DNA of 64,000 bases from Rebecca billardiae RCC1528. Lineage: Eukaryota; Protista; Haptophyta. The DNA is taken from contig OZ251244.1 of assembly GCA_965240325.2 (NCBI GenBank), forward strand, positions 248,001 to 312,000, given 5' to 3'. The notes beneath the pieces were generated by a model, which had not been told where the DNA came from, did not search any database, and worked only from the letters and a program-made list of their open reading frames with translations. Of the stretch, positions 11,344-23,003 are shown piece after piece. Position 1 is the first letter of the stretch, and each line of letters opens with the position of its first letter. Made by a program: the position numbers and the translations under genes.

Positions 11344-13031
11344 GCTCGACGAGGCTCGCGAGCTCGAGCGCGAGGCGGCGCGGCGGCAGCGCCGCGTGCT
11401 CGAGCGGCAGCCCGATGTCGGCCGCGCGCTGCTGCGCGCGCTGCACGCGTGCGCACGCGTGTGCGGGGAGCTTGCGGCTGACGGCGGCGTGCCGCCGTCG
11501 CCGCCCGCGCGCGGCGCGACCGCCGCGCGGACGGCCGCGGCGGCCGCGACGGCGGCGGAGGCGGACGCGGCGGTGCGCAAGGCGACGCAAGTGCTCGGCG
11601 CGTACTGCGCGCTCCTCCGCGCGCACGCCGCCGCGCTGCCGCGCGCCGCAGGCCGCGAGGACAGCGGGCCGTCGTTAGCCGTGCGCGCGGCGGCCGCCGG
11701 GCGCGGCGCGCTCGCGCCGCCGCCCGCGCCGGCGGCGCGCGCCGCCGCGGCCAAGGCGGCGGGCGCGGGGCCGCCCGCGGCGCTTGTCTCGCTGCTGGCT
11801 GCGCTCGACGAGCGCGCGCGCTCCGAGCGCCACGGGCGCGACCTCGCCGAGTGGGGCGCGCCCATCGGCGCCCGAGCGCAGCAGCTGCTCAGCTGGTTGC
11901 GGCAGCGGCAGCAGCAGCCGCAGCCGCAGCCGCAGCAGCCGCCGCAGCCGCAGCCGCAGCCGCAGCCGCAGCCGCAGCCGCAGCCGCAGCCGCAGCAGCA
12001 GTCGCAGCAGGGGCAGGGGGAGCCGCCGCCGCAGCCGCAGCCGCAGGGGACGCAGCAGCCAGGCGTGGCGGCGGCTGGCGACGCCCCCGTGGCCGCCAGT
12101 GTCGACGGCGGCGGTGCGGGCGGTGCGGGCGGTGCGCCGGTCGCCGCGCCTTCGGCGCGCACGGCGCGGCGTCTTGTCGGCGCACTGGCAGCGGAGGCGG
12201 CGCTGGAGCTGCTGCCGGCAGCGGCGGAGGCGGAGGCGGCGGCCGCGCGGGGTGGCGCGGAGGGCGACAAAGGGGAGCGCGGCGCCGGCGCCGACGCGGC
12301 GCTCGCGGCCGCGGCTCGCATCAGCGTGGCCGAGCTGCGCGCGCGCGCGCGGCTTGCTCACAGCCGGCGCACCGTTGCAGCAATGGCCGCCGTGGCAGCC
12401 ATGGCCGCCGCCGCCGAGCCCTCGGCCGGCGGCGTGGTGCGCGCGCGCGACTGGGCGGCGGTGTGCGCGCGGCGGGAGTCGGAGCTCCGCGCGGCGCTGG
12501 GGCTGGAGGGGGCGGAGCGCGCGGAGGACGAGGGCGGGGCCGCGGGCCACGCGCGCCCGTGGTGGGGCGAGTGGAGCGCCGCCGAACTCGACGAGGTCTG
12601 GGCCGCGTGCGTCGTCGCCGCGCCGCCGCTGCCGAGCGGCGGCGGCGGCGGCGCGGAGGGCGGCGGCGCGGAGGGCGGTGGCGCGGAGGGCGCGCTGCTG
12701 TCCGTGCGCGCGCTCGGCCGCGCGGCCGAGCACGTCGCGGCGTGTGTCGCCGAGGCGCGCGCGCTCGACGCGCTCAGCGCCGCGCTCAGCGCGCTCGCAC
12801 CCGCCGGGCCGCCGCGCCGCGCCGCCGCACCGTCCACCGCCGCCGCCGACGCCGCCGACGCCGCCGCCGCCGCGGACGCCGCCGCCGGCGGGGGGCCGGC
12901 CGCCTCTGCGCTGCGCTGGGAGGAGCCGCTGGGCAGCGCGGCCAACATGCGCGCGCTCGCCGCCGAGATGGGCGCGGCGGACGCGTGCGCGCTGCCCTTC
13001 GCCCTCGGCGCGTGCGCGCGCGTGCGCACGC

Positions 13032-13068
<37 letters not shown>

Positions 13069-14177
13069 GGATGAGGCCGCCGCCGGCCCGGCGCTGCGTG
13101 AAGTGTGGGCGGCGGTGGCGGACGCGCGCGCGGACCTGGGCGGCGCGCAGCCGCTGCGGCTCGAGCTGTGCGAGCTGCGGCTGCGCGCGGCGGTGCTCGC
13201 CGTCCCCGGCGTGCGCTGGGTGAGCGTGGGCCTACTACTTAGCGGCAGCCATGCTGAAGGCAGCCATGCTGAAACGCCCGCGGCGGCGGCGGGGGCGGGC
13301 GGCGGCGCGGGCGGCGCGGGCGCGCGCGCCGCGCGTGCGCGCGGCGGTGCGGAGGGTGTCGTCGCGCCCGCGCCGCCGGCATCGTCGGCGGCCGCGCGGG
13401 GCGCGGCCGCCGGCGCGTCTGCCCTGGGCGGTCGCGTCCTCGCCACCTCGCGTGTCGTGAGCGCGCGTGGCGGCGGTGGCGGCGGCGCCGCCATCGCCGG
13501 CGGCGGCGGCGCGGCGGGTGGCGCGGACGGCGCGCGCCCGCGCGCCGCCGGCGCAGCGAACGCGCTCGCGCCCGCCGCTCCCATCGAGCTGCGTGCGCCG
13601 TACAGCGCGGACGGCGCGGAGAACGGCGTCGCGCTCCTCCCGCTCCGCCCGGACACGCCCGCCCCGCCCCCCGCGGCGGCCGTGCCTGGCACGCTCGCGG
13701 CTGGCGGCGGCGGCGCGGCGGCGGCGGCGGCGGCGGCGGGCGGCGGCGCGGGCGGCGCGGGCGGCGCGGCCGAGCGGGCTGCGCTGCGCGCCGCGCTCGC
13801 GCGCGCCGCGGCCGACCCGGGCGCGTCCGCGCTCGCCGTGGTGCTGTACGCGGTGAACGAGCCGCGCCCCGCGCCCGGCTCCACGCCCGCCTCCCCGGAC
13901 GCCGCCGCCTCGGCCGCCGCACTGCTGCCATCCTCGCCGCAGCCGGCCGCAGCCGGCGGCGGCGCGCCGCCGCGCGCCGCCGCCTCGGCCGCCGCCGCCG
14001 CCGCCGCCGGCTCGCGCGTGCCCGTGGCGGTGGCGCAGCTCTCGCTCGGCGAGCTGGCGGCACCGACGGCGGAGCACGCGGGCGCGCGCTCGGTGCTCGT
14101 CGAGCTCGAGCTCGAGCCCATCGGCGCCGACGCCGACGGCGCGCGCGGCGCGGCGCGCGGCGGCGCGCGCACGGCGC

Positions 14178-14209
<32 letters not shown>

Positions 14210-16275
14210 ATCGCAGCGCGCGTGGCGGCGGCCGCCGGCGCAGACGCGCCCGCCGGCGCGGGCGGCGCGATGGACGCGCAGGGCGAGCCCGGCGCGGGCG
14301 TCGGCGTGGTGGGCACCGTGCTGCTCGAGATCGGCCCGATCGCACAGCTCGTGCGCGCCGCGCCGCGCCTGCCACGCGCGGAGGCGGCGGAGGCGGCGGC
14401 GGCGGCCGCCGCGGCCGCGCGCCGCGCGGGCGGCGCGGGCGGCGCGCCGATGCCTGCGCTGGCGATGGCGGTGGAGCGGCTGCGCGCGCGGCGCGCGACG
14501 CTGTCGGCCGCGCGCGTGATGCAGCGCTGGGTGCGCGCGCACCAGCGCCGCTCGCAGCTCGCCGCCCTCGGCCGCACGCGCGGCGGTGCGGAGGCGGCGC
14601 GCGCGGCGCTCGGCGCGGCCGCGCGCGCCGCGCCAGTCACGCCCGCGCGGCGCGCGGCGGAGGGGCTGCGCGCGCTCGGGCGCGCGCTGGCGCCGGCGGA
14701 GGTGGCGGCGGGGCGCGTCGCGCAGCTCGGCGCCGCGCTGCAGCTGCAGCTCAGCGCCACGCAGTACGCGCAGCAAGCGGCGCTGACGCCCGGCGGCGGG
14801 GTGGCCGAGCGCGGCGCGGGCCGCGGCGGGCGGCGCGGCGGCTCGGCCGCGGCCACGCCGCGCGGCGGCGCGGGCTGGGAGGGCGGCAGCGCGGCAGGCG
14901 GTGCGCTGGGCGGCGGCGGCACGTGGGGCAGCCTGCCGCTCACGCCGCTCGACGCCGCCCCGCTCGGCGCGCCGTGGGCCTCCGCAGACGCCCAGCCGCA
15001 CGACTCGGCGGCGCGCGGCGCGGCCGCGGCGGGCGGCGCGGCGGGCGGCGCGGCGGGCGGCGCGGCGGAGGGCGAAGGCGGCAGCGGCGGCCTGCTGCCG
15101 ATGCTGCGCGGTGCGCACGCGGAGGTGGCGCGGCTCGAGGGGCAGCTGCGCGGCGCGCGGCTCGACGCGGGCTTCCACGCCTCCGAGGCCGCGCGCATGC
15201 GCGCGCTACTCGTCGAGAGCGCGCGCGCGCAGTCCGCGCTCGCGCGCGTGGCCATCGGCGCGGACGCGGACGGCGCGCGCGCGCCGGAGCTCGAGCTGCG
15301 CGCGGCGCTCGCGGCGGTGCAGCGCGAGAACAGCGCGCTGGTGGACGCGCTCGGTGCGCGCGCGCCGCCGCGCGCGCCGCGCGCGCCCGCTGGCGGCGGC
15401 AGCGCGTGCGCCCGAGCGCGCGCGCACGCGCTCATCGCGCGCCGCCGGCCGCTTGCGGCTGCTGCGGCCGCTGCTGCGCTGCTGCTGCTGCTGCTGCTGC
15501 CGCCCCTGTTGCCCCTGCGCCTACCCGTGCGGCTGCGCTGCTGCTGCTGCTCCTACCGCGGCTGCCGCGGCTGCTGCCGCTGCCCCTGCTGCCCCTGTTG
15601 CCGCTGCCACTGCGCACCCCCGCCGCTGCCCCCACCGCCGCTGCCCCTGCTCCCACCGCCGCCACCGCCGCCGCCGCCGCCGCCGCCCTCCGCCACCGCC
15701 GCTGCCGCCTGTGCAGCGGAGGGCTCTGAGCGCAGCAAGGAGCTGCACGCGCGGCTGGCGGACGCGGAGGCGCTGGCGCCCGTGGCGGGCTCGGCGCCCG
15801 GCGCACCCGGCGCGCTGCCCAAGGCGGCGCAGCGCGAGATCGCCTCTCTGCAGGCGGCGTGGCGCGCGGCGCGCGACGGCGAGAGGGCGGCGCGCGCCGC
15901 GACGACAGCCGCCCTTGCAGAGGGCGCGCGGCACCGGCACTCGCTGGAGAGCAAGGTGGAGGCGAAGGAGGCCGCGCTGCGCAAGTGCGCGCCGCCGCCG
16001 TGCGCCGCGCGCGCCGCCGCGCCGCGCCGCCCGCCCGCCCCAAGACGGGCGCGGCACACACGCCGCGCTCGCGTCATCGCGCGCAACGTCCAAACTCGCC
16101 GCCGCCGCGGCGCGCGCGCAGGCTGCGGATGGAGAACGTGCGGCTCGCGCGCGAGCTGGAGGAGACGAAGCAGCGCTCGAACGCCATGCTCTTGAAGACG
16201 GCCGACGCCTCGAAGCGCACGGAGGCCACCATCACGCGGCTGGAGGGGGAGCTGCGCGCGCGGCCGGGCGGCTGA
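10730..16275 (+). CDS. Large Ala/Gly-rich coiled-coil protein with an IQ motif; introns 15354-15716 and 15985-16121
   Basis: Long ORF with IQ-like SAARVMQRWVRAHQRR. The spliced C-terminus is coiled coil (KEAALRK|LRMENVRLARELEETK). A PQ repeat lies at about 11910-12060. Confidence 0.65.
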
Positions 16276-16597
16276 GGCCCGCCATTCCTGCCAAGCCAGC
16301 CTCCGCCTCCCCGGAAGACAGTCCGGTGTTCAAGCTGATGCGGTAGGTAGTCCGGCGCTCCCAGGTTCGACCGAGGCCTCGTTGACACGACGGTCGCTGC
16401 TCGGGCCGTCGGGCGGCGGCTGATCAGATTCATGAGCCGAAACTAGCTATTGGGGTCGTTGCGCCTCCCAATAAGCAATCGAGCGACGAGCGTTCCATTT
16501 TGGGCCCTAAACCCCCAACCACCGCCCACTGCAAGGCAGGGCCGCGGTCGGACAGCTGCCCCCCTCGTTGCCTCCTCCTGGCAAGCCGCGGGCGAGC

Positions 16598-17083
16598 ATG
16601 TCGTCAGCCTCCGCGCTCAGCGGCGCGATGCACGCGCTGGCGGACAACGCCCTCGTCGCGAAGCTCATGCCCGGCCGTCGGCTCCAGATCGACGCGTCCG
16701 ACGTCGAGTCCTTCGACCCCAACTCGATCGAGACGATCATCATCTGGGCGGTGCTGCTGCTGCTGCACCTCCTCGTGATCGCGGCGTTCTGCTGCTGCGA
16801 GCGGCCGATGGCGGACCCGCAGCGCGCGATGGAGCTGAACATGAAGTCCGCGCCCGCCTCCTCGCGCAACTCCGCGCGGGACGACGACCGCTCCGCGCGC
16901 GACGACGAGCAGGACGACGACGACGAGTACGACGACGACAACCAGACGCGCTACTCGTCGATGCCGTCGACGCGCGGCGGCCCCAGCACCGGGCGCTCGG
17001 CGGCGACGACGAACCGGACGTCGTACTCGCTGGGTGACGCGGTCGAGGACGAGATGACCTCCGACCGCTCGTACAGGTTGTGA
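16598..17083 (+). CDS. Small single-pass membrane protein with a juxtamembrane CCC and an acidic tail
   Basis: TM segment IIIWAVLLLLHLLVIAAF followed by CCC, with strong GC3 codon bias. Confidence 0.65.
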   Translation: MSSASALSGAMHALADNALVAKLMPGRRLQIDASDVESFDPNSIETIIIWAVLLLLHLLVIAAFCCCERPMADPQRAMELNMKSAPASSRNSARDDDRSARDDEQDDDDEYDDDNQTRYSSMPSTRGGPSTGRSAATTNRTSYSLGDAVEDEMTSDRSYRL

Positions 17084-17651
17084 GTGCCGCGCGGGGCAGT
17101 GCGCTGCCGCATCGGAGGAGGACAACGGCGTCAGCACCGGCGCCGGCGACGTGAAGCAGCGGCGCCACTGCGCGGCGCCGTCCACGCGGCGCGCATGCAC
17201 GGCCCGAGCGGGGCGGTCGGCGTGGACCCCGTCTGCGTCCGCCGCCTGACATGGTGGTCGCAACAACGTCGGCAGCAGCCGCGGCACTATGCGGTGGCCC
17301 GGGCTGAGCCGGCCGATCGGACGCCGGGCTAGCCGTCAGTCGACGCGTCGTGGGAAGTGACGAGGGACTGTTTCATACGAAGTGTAGACTCATTCTATGA
17401 TTTCACGACGCAGGTAGGACGACGCGGGTCTCCTGATTCGTCGGCGGCAGTGTCCGATCGTCGACACGAAGTCGGCGTGTATCACTGTAGTTCTGGCGCG
17501 GACAATTATAACCAAAAAGAAGTCGAGTCGCGATCGTGTCACGATTCGACAGTCACGTACAGTTTACTAAGAATAAGAGACGCACACAGCTCAGGCAGGC
17601 GAATTCGCTTTCACGCGGGTCGCGGGCAGCGGGCTTGGGCGCTCGGCAGCA

Positions 17652-18338
17652 ATGGCGACGACGAAAGCGCACGTCGAAATCCAGTACTGCGGGTGTGCGC
17701 CGCCGAGCGGGGGCGGCCGTGGCGCGCGCTGTGCCCGGCGCGAGCGCACGCGCGGCGCGCCGCCCTTCACCCGTGCGCGGCACCCCGCCGCTCCGCGCGC
17801 GCAGCGGCTGAGGGTACGACCGTTACTTCCACGCTCTCAAGGTGCGCGCTCTGGCGGCGCAGCGCTGGCTGCCGCGCGCGGCGCTGGGGCCGGACCGAAG
17901 CACCGCGCGGCGCGAGGCGCGCCGCGGCCTATCCGAACTCAGACGCGTGCCGCGCGCCGCCCGTGCGCACGCCGCTCGGCGCAGGCGCGCATCTTCAACG
18001 CGTTCGGCGCGAGCGTGGACGTGCGCCCGCGGCGCGACCCGGGCACGACGGGCAACTTCGAGGTGCGGCTGCGCGGGCACGAGCCGGAGGAGCTGATCCA
18101 CTCGAAGCGGACGCGGCAGCAGGGCAAGTGCGCGTCCGACGCGGAGGTGCAGGCGGTGCTCTCGCACATCCGCTCGCACCTCACGCGCGCCGAGACGGCG
18201 GCGCACAAGCGCAAGCGGCCGGCGGCCGACCCGGAGCCGGCGCCCAAGCTGAGCAAGGCGGCCGCGCCCGCCGCGAGGGAAGCCGCGGCGCCGGCAGCGG
18301 ACGCGCCCGCAGCGGAGACCCCCGCGTCGGCAGACTAG
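17652..18338 (+). CDS. SELENOW: Selenoprotein W / Rdx family; exons 17652-17692, 17805-17841, 17985-18338; Sec-UGA at 17809-17811
   Basis: The spliced protein is MATTKAHVEIQYCGG-U-GYDRYFHALKARIFNAFG...PGTTGNFEVRL...LIHSKR. It has the CxxU motif, GxFEV and LIHSK typical of SelW, and a SECIS lies downstream. Confidence 0.9.
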   Translation: MATTKAHVEIQYCGCAPPSGGGRGARCARRERTRGAPPFTRARHPAAPRAQRLRVRPLLPRSQGARSGGAALAAARGAGAGPKHRAARGAPRPIRTQTRAARRPCARRSAQARIFNAFGASVDVRPRRDPGTTGNFEVRLRGHEPEELIHSKRTRQQGKCASDAEVQAVLSHIRSHLTRAETAAHKRKRPAADPEPAPKLSKAAAPAAREAAAPAADAPAAETPASAD

Positions 18339-18485
18339 TCGCGCTGCGCAGCAGAGAGGCGGGCTCGGATGCCGGTCCGCAGCCCCGCCGGAGTAGTTAC
18401 CCGCTTGGCCCGCGAGGGCCGAGGCGGGCGGCCGGCCGATGGCCTGTCAACCGTGGCCCTGCTGGCGTGTGAACCCGCGCGCATC

Positions 18486-18536
18486 ATGACGGACGAGGCG
18501 TCACCCGCGTTCGCACAGCGGACGCTTCGTCCTGAC
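18486..18536 (+). promoter_or_regulatory. SECIS element (AUGA core, 12-bp helix II, ACC apical bulge)
   Basis: ATGAC 18486-18490, then GGACGAGGCGTC (18491-18502) pairing with GACGCTTCGTCC (18521-18532, one G.U), then TGAC 18533-18536. It lies 148 nt after the stop codon. Confidence 0.85.
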
Positions 18537-19107
18537 CACACGCGCGACGCGCTCCAAGCCTGGGCCTGGCCGTGGTGCCGGCCATCGCTCTTTGACTTTC
18601 CTGTAGTCTTTATTTAATTAATTGTACCTCCTCGGTGCTACTCAACTTGGATACAACTTGGATACAATGAGTAGTTTTCGATGCAGCTAGTAGATTCGTT
18701 CATACCGATCAAGCAGGTGAAGCAGCGTGTTTGATGTGCTTTCAATGTTCATTAAGGCACGATGATGAATAATATTGAAGCTGGAGAGCTGTTGGCGTTC
18801 ATCGTCAGGGCCCGTGAATGGATACAAATCATCAGCAGCAGGGCTGGAGGCTTCGGCCGCCCGTCTGATCACCCGGAGCCCGTTATAAAGGGGAATTTAA
18901 AAGTGTTTCCTGACATGATGAAGACGGGGCCTGACGGGCAGCGATATCCCCATATTGGCCGTACCCGCCAGATGGGTAATCACACAAACCTCGGGAATCG
19001 GCCAATATAATCCAGGCTAGGAGCACAATCTTTGGTCGTCGCTCCGCGAAGACGCGCGGGCGGGAGGACTGCGGTAGCGGTGCACGGGGCGCGCGCGGTC
19101 CGGAGCC

Positions 19108-22100
19108 ATGCCGTGGCGGCGGCCCGGCCTCGTGATCATCTCCGACCCCGGGCCCGATCCAGATGACGCCAAGTGCGCTGCGCGCGCGCGCGCGAGACGC
19201 GCCCCCGCGCGACGCAGCTTGCCTGCCGCCGCGCGCTGTGTCTGTGAGACACACCCACGCACACACACACCAGCTCGATGGCTCATCCCCGGCGCGCACA
19301 CACTCGCGCGCGCGCGCGGTCTGGTGGGTGCAGGTGCATCCTCGTCGCGGCAGTGCTGCACACGCTGCGTCGGCTGCGCCTCCTCTGCGTCGTGTGCAAC
19401 GGCGGCGGGCAGGCGCGCGAGCGCGCGACGCTCGCGCGCTGCCTTCTCGACCACCTCGGCGCGCTGGACGTGCCGGTGGGCGTGGGCTCGCAGGGGTTGG
19501 CGTGCGCGGGCCAGCCGCACGAGTACGCGCTCGACGGTTTCGACGCGGTCGAGCCCGCGCGCCTGCACCACGGCGCCGACCTGCTGCTGCGCGTGCTGCG
19601 CGCCGCGCGCGGCCGCTCGGTGGACGTGCTGTGTATCTCGTCGCTGCGAGATCTGGCGGACGCGTGCGCGGGGCACGCGGGGCTGGTGGTGGCGAAGGTG
19701 CGCCGGGTGGCGGTGCAGGGCGGGCTCACGCCCGACCCGAGCGCGAGGCACGGCTACGTGCCCGACACCAGCGTGAACAACGGTGCTGCTGCGCTGCGCG
19801 TGCGCCGCGCGCGGCGCCGGTCTCGTGCGCGCCGCGCGCACCGCGGCGCTGAGCGGTTCCCCGCGCGCGCGCGCTCGCCGCGGCGTGCAGGCTTCGACAC
19901 GGACGCGGCGGCGGCGGTGTACGCCTTCTGCTTCGAGCGCCGGCTGCCGCTCACCGTCGTCTCGCGGCACGCGGTGCCGATGCTGCCGATGCAGCTCGCC
20001 AAGTCGTTCGCGCAGCGCACCGAGTGCCCGGTGATGCGCTACCTGGCGGACGCGCAGTTCCTCGGGCTGGAGGGGCTGTGGCAGAAGCTGTGCGCGGGCA
20101 AGCTGCCCGCGCGCTGCACCAAGCAGTGGTACTTCGAGACCTTCTGCGGCGTGGGCGCGGAGGAGTTCCGCGCGAGCGGCTACGCGCAGCTCGACGCGTC
20201 CGCCGCCATCGTGCAGCACCTCAACGGGTGCGTGGGGTTAGGGGTAGGGGTAGGGTTAGGGGTAGGGGTAGGGTGCGGGTGCGTCCCATCGTGCAGCACC
20301 TCAACGGGTGCGTGAGGGTTAGGGGTAGGGTTAGGGGTAGGGTTAGCCAGCCGGTGCGCGGGCCGTGCGCGCGCACGCCCACACGCAGCCCCCCACCCCC
20401 CTCCGCCTGTGCGCGCGCGCATGCGCCCGCCCCGCCCCGCAGGTACATCAAGCCGTACGACGTGTGCGCGCTGATGGCGCTGCTGCCAGGCCGGCTTGCG
20501 GAGGTGGTGCGCGCGTGCGGGCAGCAGGCGGTGGTGGGCGGCGCGGCGCACACTCTGCTGCTCGAGGGCGCGCGCCCGCTCCCCACGGAGGTCGTGCTCG
20601 AGCTGCTGCGAGACACCTACCACGAAGTGGTGCTGCTCACGCGCGCCCGCGCGCAGGGGCGCGGGGCGGGCGCCGCGGCCGGCGGCGGCGGCGCGCGCGG
20701 CCGCGCCCGAGGCCGCGAGCCCGCGGCGCGCGGCCGCGGCCGCGGCGCCGGCGCGGGCGGCAAGGGCGCGTCGCCGCCGCCGCCGGACAGCAACATGCTC
20801 GAGCTCGGCCTTGGGCGCGGGCCCTCGAAGCAGCTCGGGCGCTGCGCGTCCAAGCGGAGCGCGGCGCACGCGGCCGCGGCCGCGGCCTCGCTCTCCGCGC
20901 CGCGCGCGCGCCCGCCGCCGGTCACGCGGCTGCCCGCGCGGCCCGGCGCGCGCGGCGGCGCCGCCGACGGCGCGGCGCCGCCGGCCGCCGTGTCAAGCCG
21001 TGCGCCGCTCAGCGCGCTCGCCACCGAGGCCGCGATCGGCTCGGCGCTGCACCACGCCGTCGAGCGCCAGCGCTTCATCACGCGCGCGACGCTGGGCGCG
21101 GGCGTGTGCCTCGGCCTCGGCTGCGCCGTCGCGTACGTAGCCGACGGCGCGGTGTCCGCGGGCTCGGCGGGACAGTCGGCGGCGGCCATGGTGGACTCCG
21201 ATGGCGCGTACGCGCTGCGCGCCTTCCTCTACTACGTGGGGGTTGTGGTGGGGGTGCTGCTGTGCGGCCTCTCGGCGCAGCCCGTGGCAGCGCACCGCGC
21301 GCGGCTGCGCGCGCTGCTGCTGCTCTTCGCCCTCGGCGCCGCGGCGGTCGGCGCCGTCCACTTCCTGCCCGACCTGCTGCGCGCGGCGCGTACGGCGCCC
21401 GAGGCCTACGACGGCCCCCACGTGCGCGCGGACGCGCTCGCGCGCGGCGGGCGCGCGCGCCGGCCGTACTGGCGCTCCGTCTGGCTGTGGCACCGGCTGT
21501 ACCGCACGCTCGAGTACACGATCCTCGCCGGCCTCGGCGGCGCGGCGCTGCGCCGCCACTGGGCGTCCGCGCGCGGGATGGTGCGCGCGTTCTGGCGGCT
21601 GAGCGGTCTGTGGCTCGTGGCGCAGACGGCGGGTGACGCACACACGCTGTACCGCGCGCTCGAGGCGCGCCTCGACGCGCACGGCGCGCAGCAGCCGTGG
21701 CAGCGCCCGGCGCACGTGGCGATGCTCTGCTGCACCGCGCTCGCCGCCGCTCTCGTGCTCGGGCCCGGCTTCAGGCGGCGCGCGCACGCGCTCATCGCGC
21801 GCGCGCACGCGGCGGGCGGCGCGCGCGCCGCCGCGGACGGCGCGGGCGGCCTGCTGCCGCTGGTGGCTGGGCTGGTCGGCTTTGGCGCGGCGCAGCGCGG
21901 CGCGACCGAGCGCCTCCCCGCCGAGCTCACCGCCGAGGCCGCGCGCTCCTTCGCGCCGGAGGAGCTCGACGATATCTCGCTCGACGAGATCGCGTTCGCC
22001 TGCCCGCTGCGGCACCCGCCGGGCGCGGCGCCGGACGGCGGCGACGGCGGCGGCGGCGGGGGCAGCGAGCGCGCACGCGGCCGTGGCGCGTGCTTGGGCG

Positions 22101-22907
22101 CGAGCCCTCACAGCGCCGCCGCCGCCGGCAGCGGCAGCGGTGGCGGCGGCGGCGCGGTGGCTGCGCGCGGCTCGGCCGTGCGCACCGAGCGCGCGCGCGG
22201 CGCGGCAGAGGCGGCCGGCGCCGCACCGACCCCAACCCTAACCCTAACCCTAACCCTACCGCACCCGCAATTCAACAGACGCGCCGCCGCCTCGCCCTCC
22301 GCGCCGCCTGGCCGCGGGCACGGGACGCCCGCTGCCGCCGCGTGGGGCGGCGCGCGCGGCAGCGCGGACGCCCGGGCCTCGGCCGCCGCCGCCGGCTCGC
22401 CGCCGCACGCGCCCGCCCCCGCCTCCCTCGCTGTGCCGTGCGCCGGCAGCCCGCCGGGCGCGGCCGCTCCGAGCTCACCGCTCGCGTTGGCCGGCAGGCG
22501 GTGCAGCAGGCTCTCCGCCCGGGCGTCGACGGTGGGCTGCTACGATGACGGCGCGGCGCGGCTCGCCGCCGCCTCGCCGCACGCCGGCCGGCTCACCGAC
22601 CGCCAGCTGCGCCGCGCGGTGGAGCCGGCGTCCTCCGCGGCCGCCTCGCCCGCGCGGCCGCGCGCCGCGGCGGCCGCGTCGCCCGCGCGGCCGCGCGCCG
22701 CGGCGGCCGCGCCGCTCGCTGCGGCGGCGGCGGCCGCCGCCGCCACCGCCGAGGCGGGCGACGACGGCGGCGCCGGCGCGGCGCGCGAGGAGTGGCCCGC
22801 GCGCCCGGCCGCGGAGGCGGAGAGCGCGCCGCCCGGCGCGCAGCCGAGCGCGCCGCCGGCCGCCGCGCCCGGCGGCGGCGGCGGCGCGGCCGCGCAGCGG
22901 CGGACCT

Positions 22908-23003
<96 letters not shown>

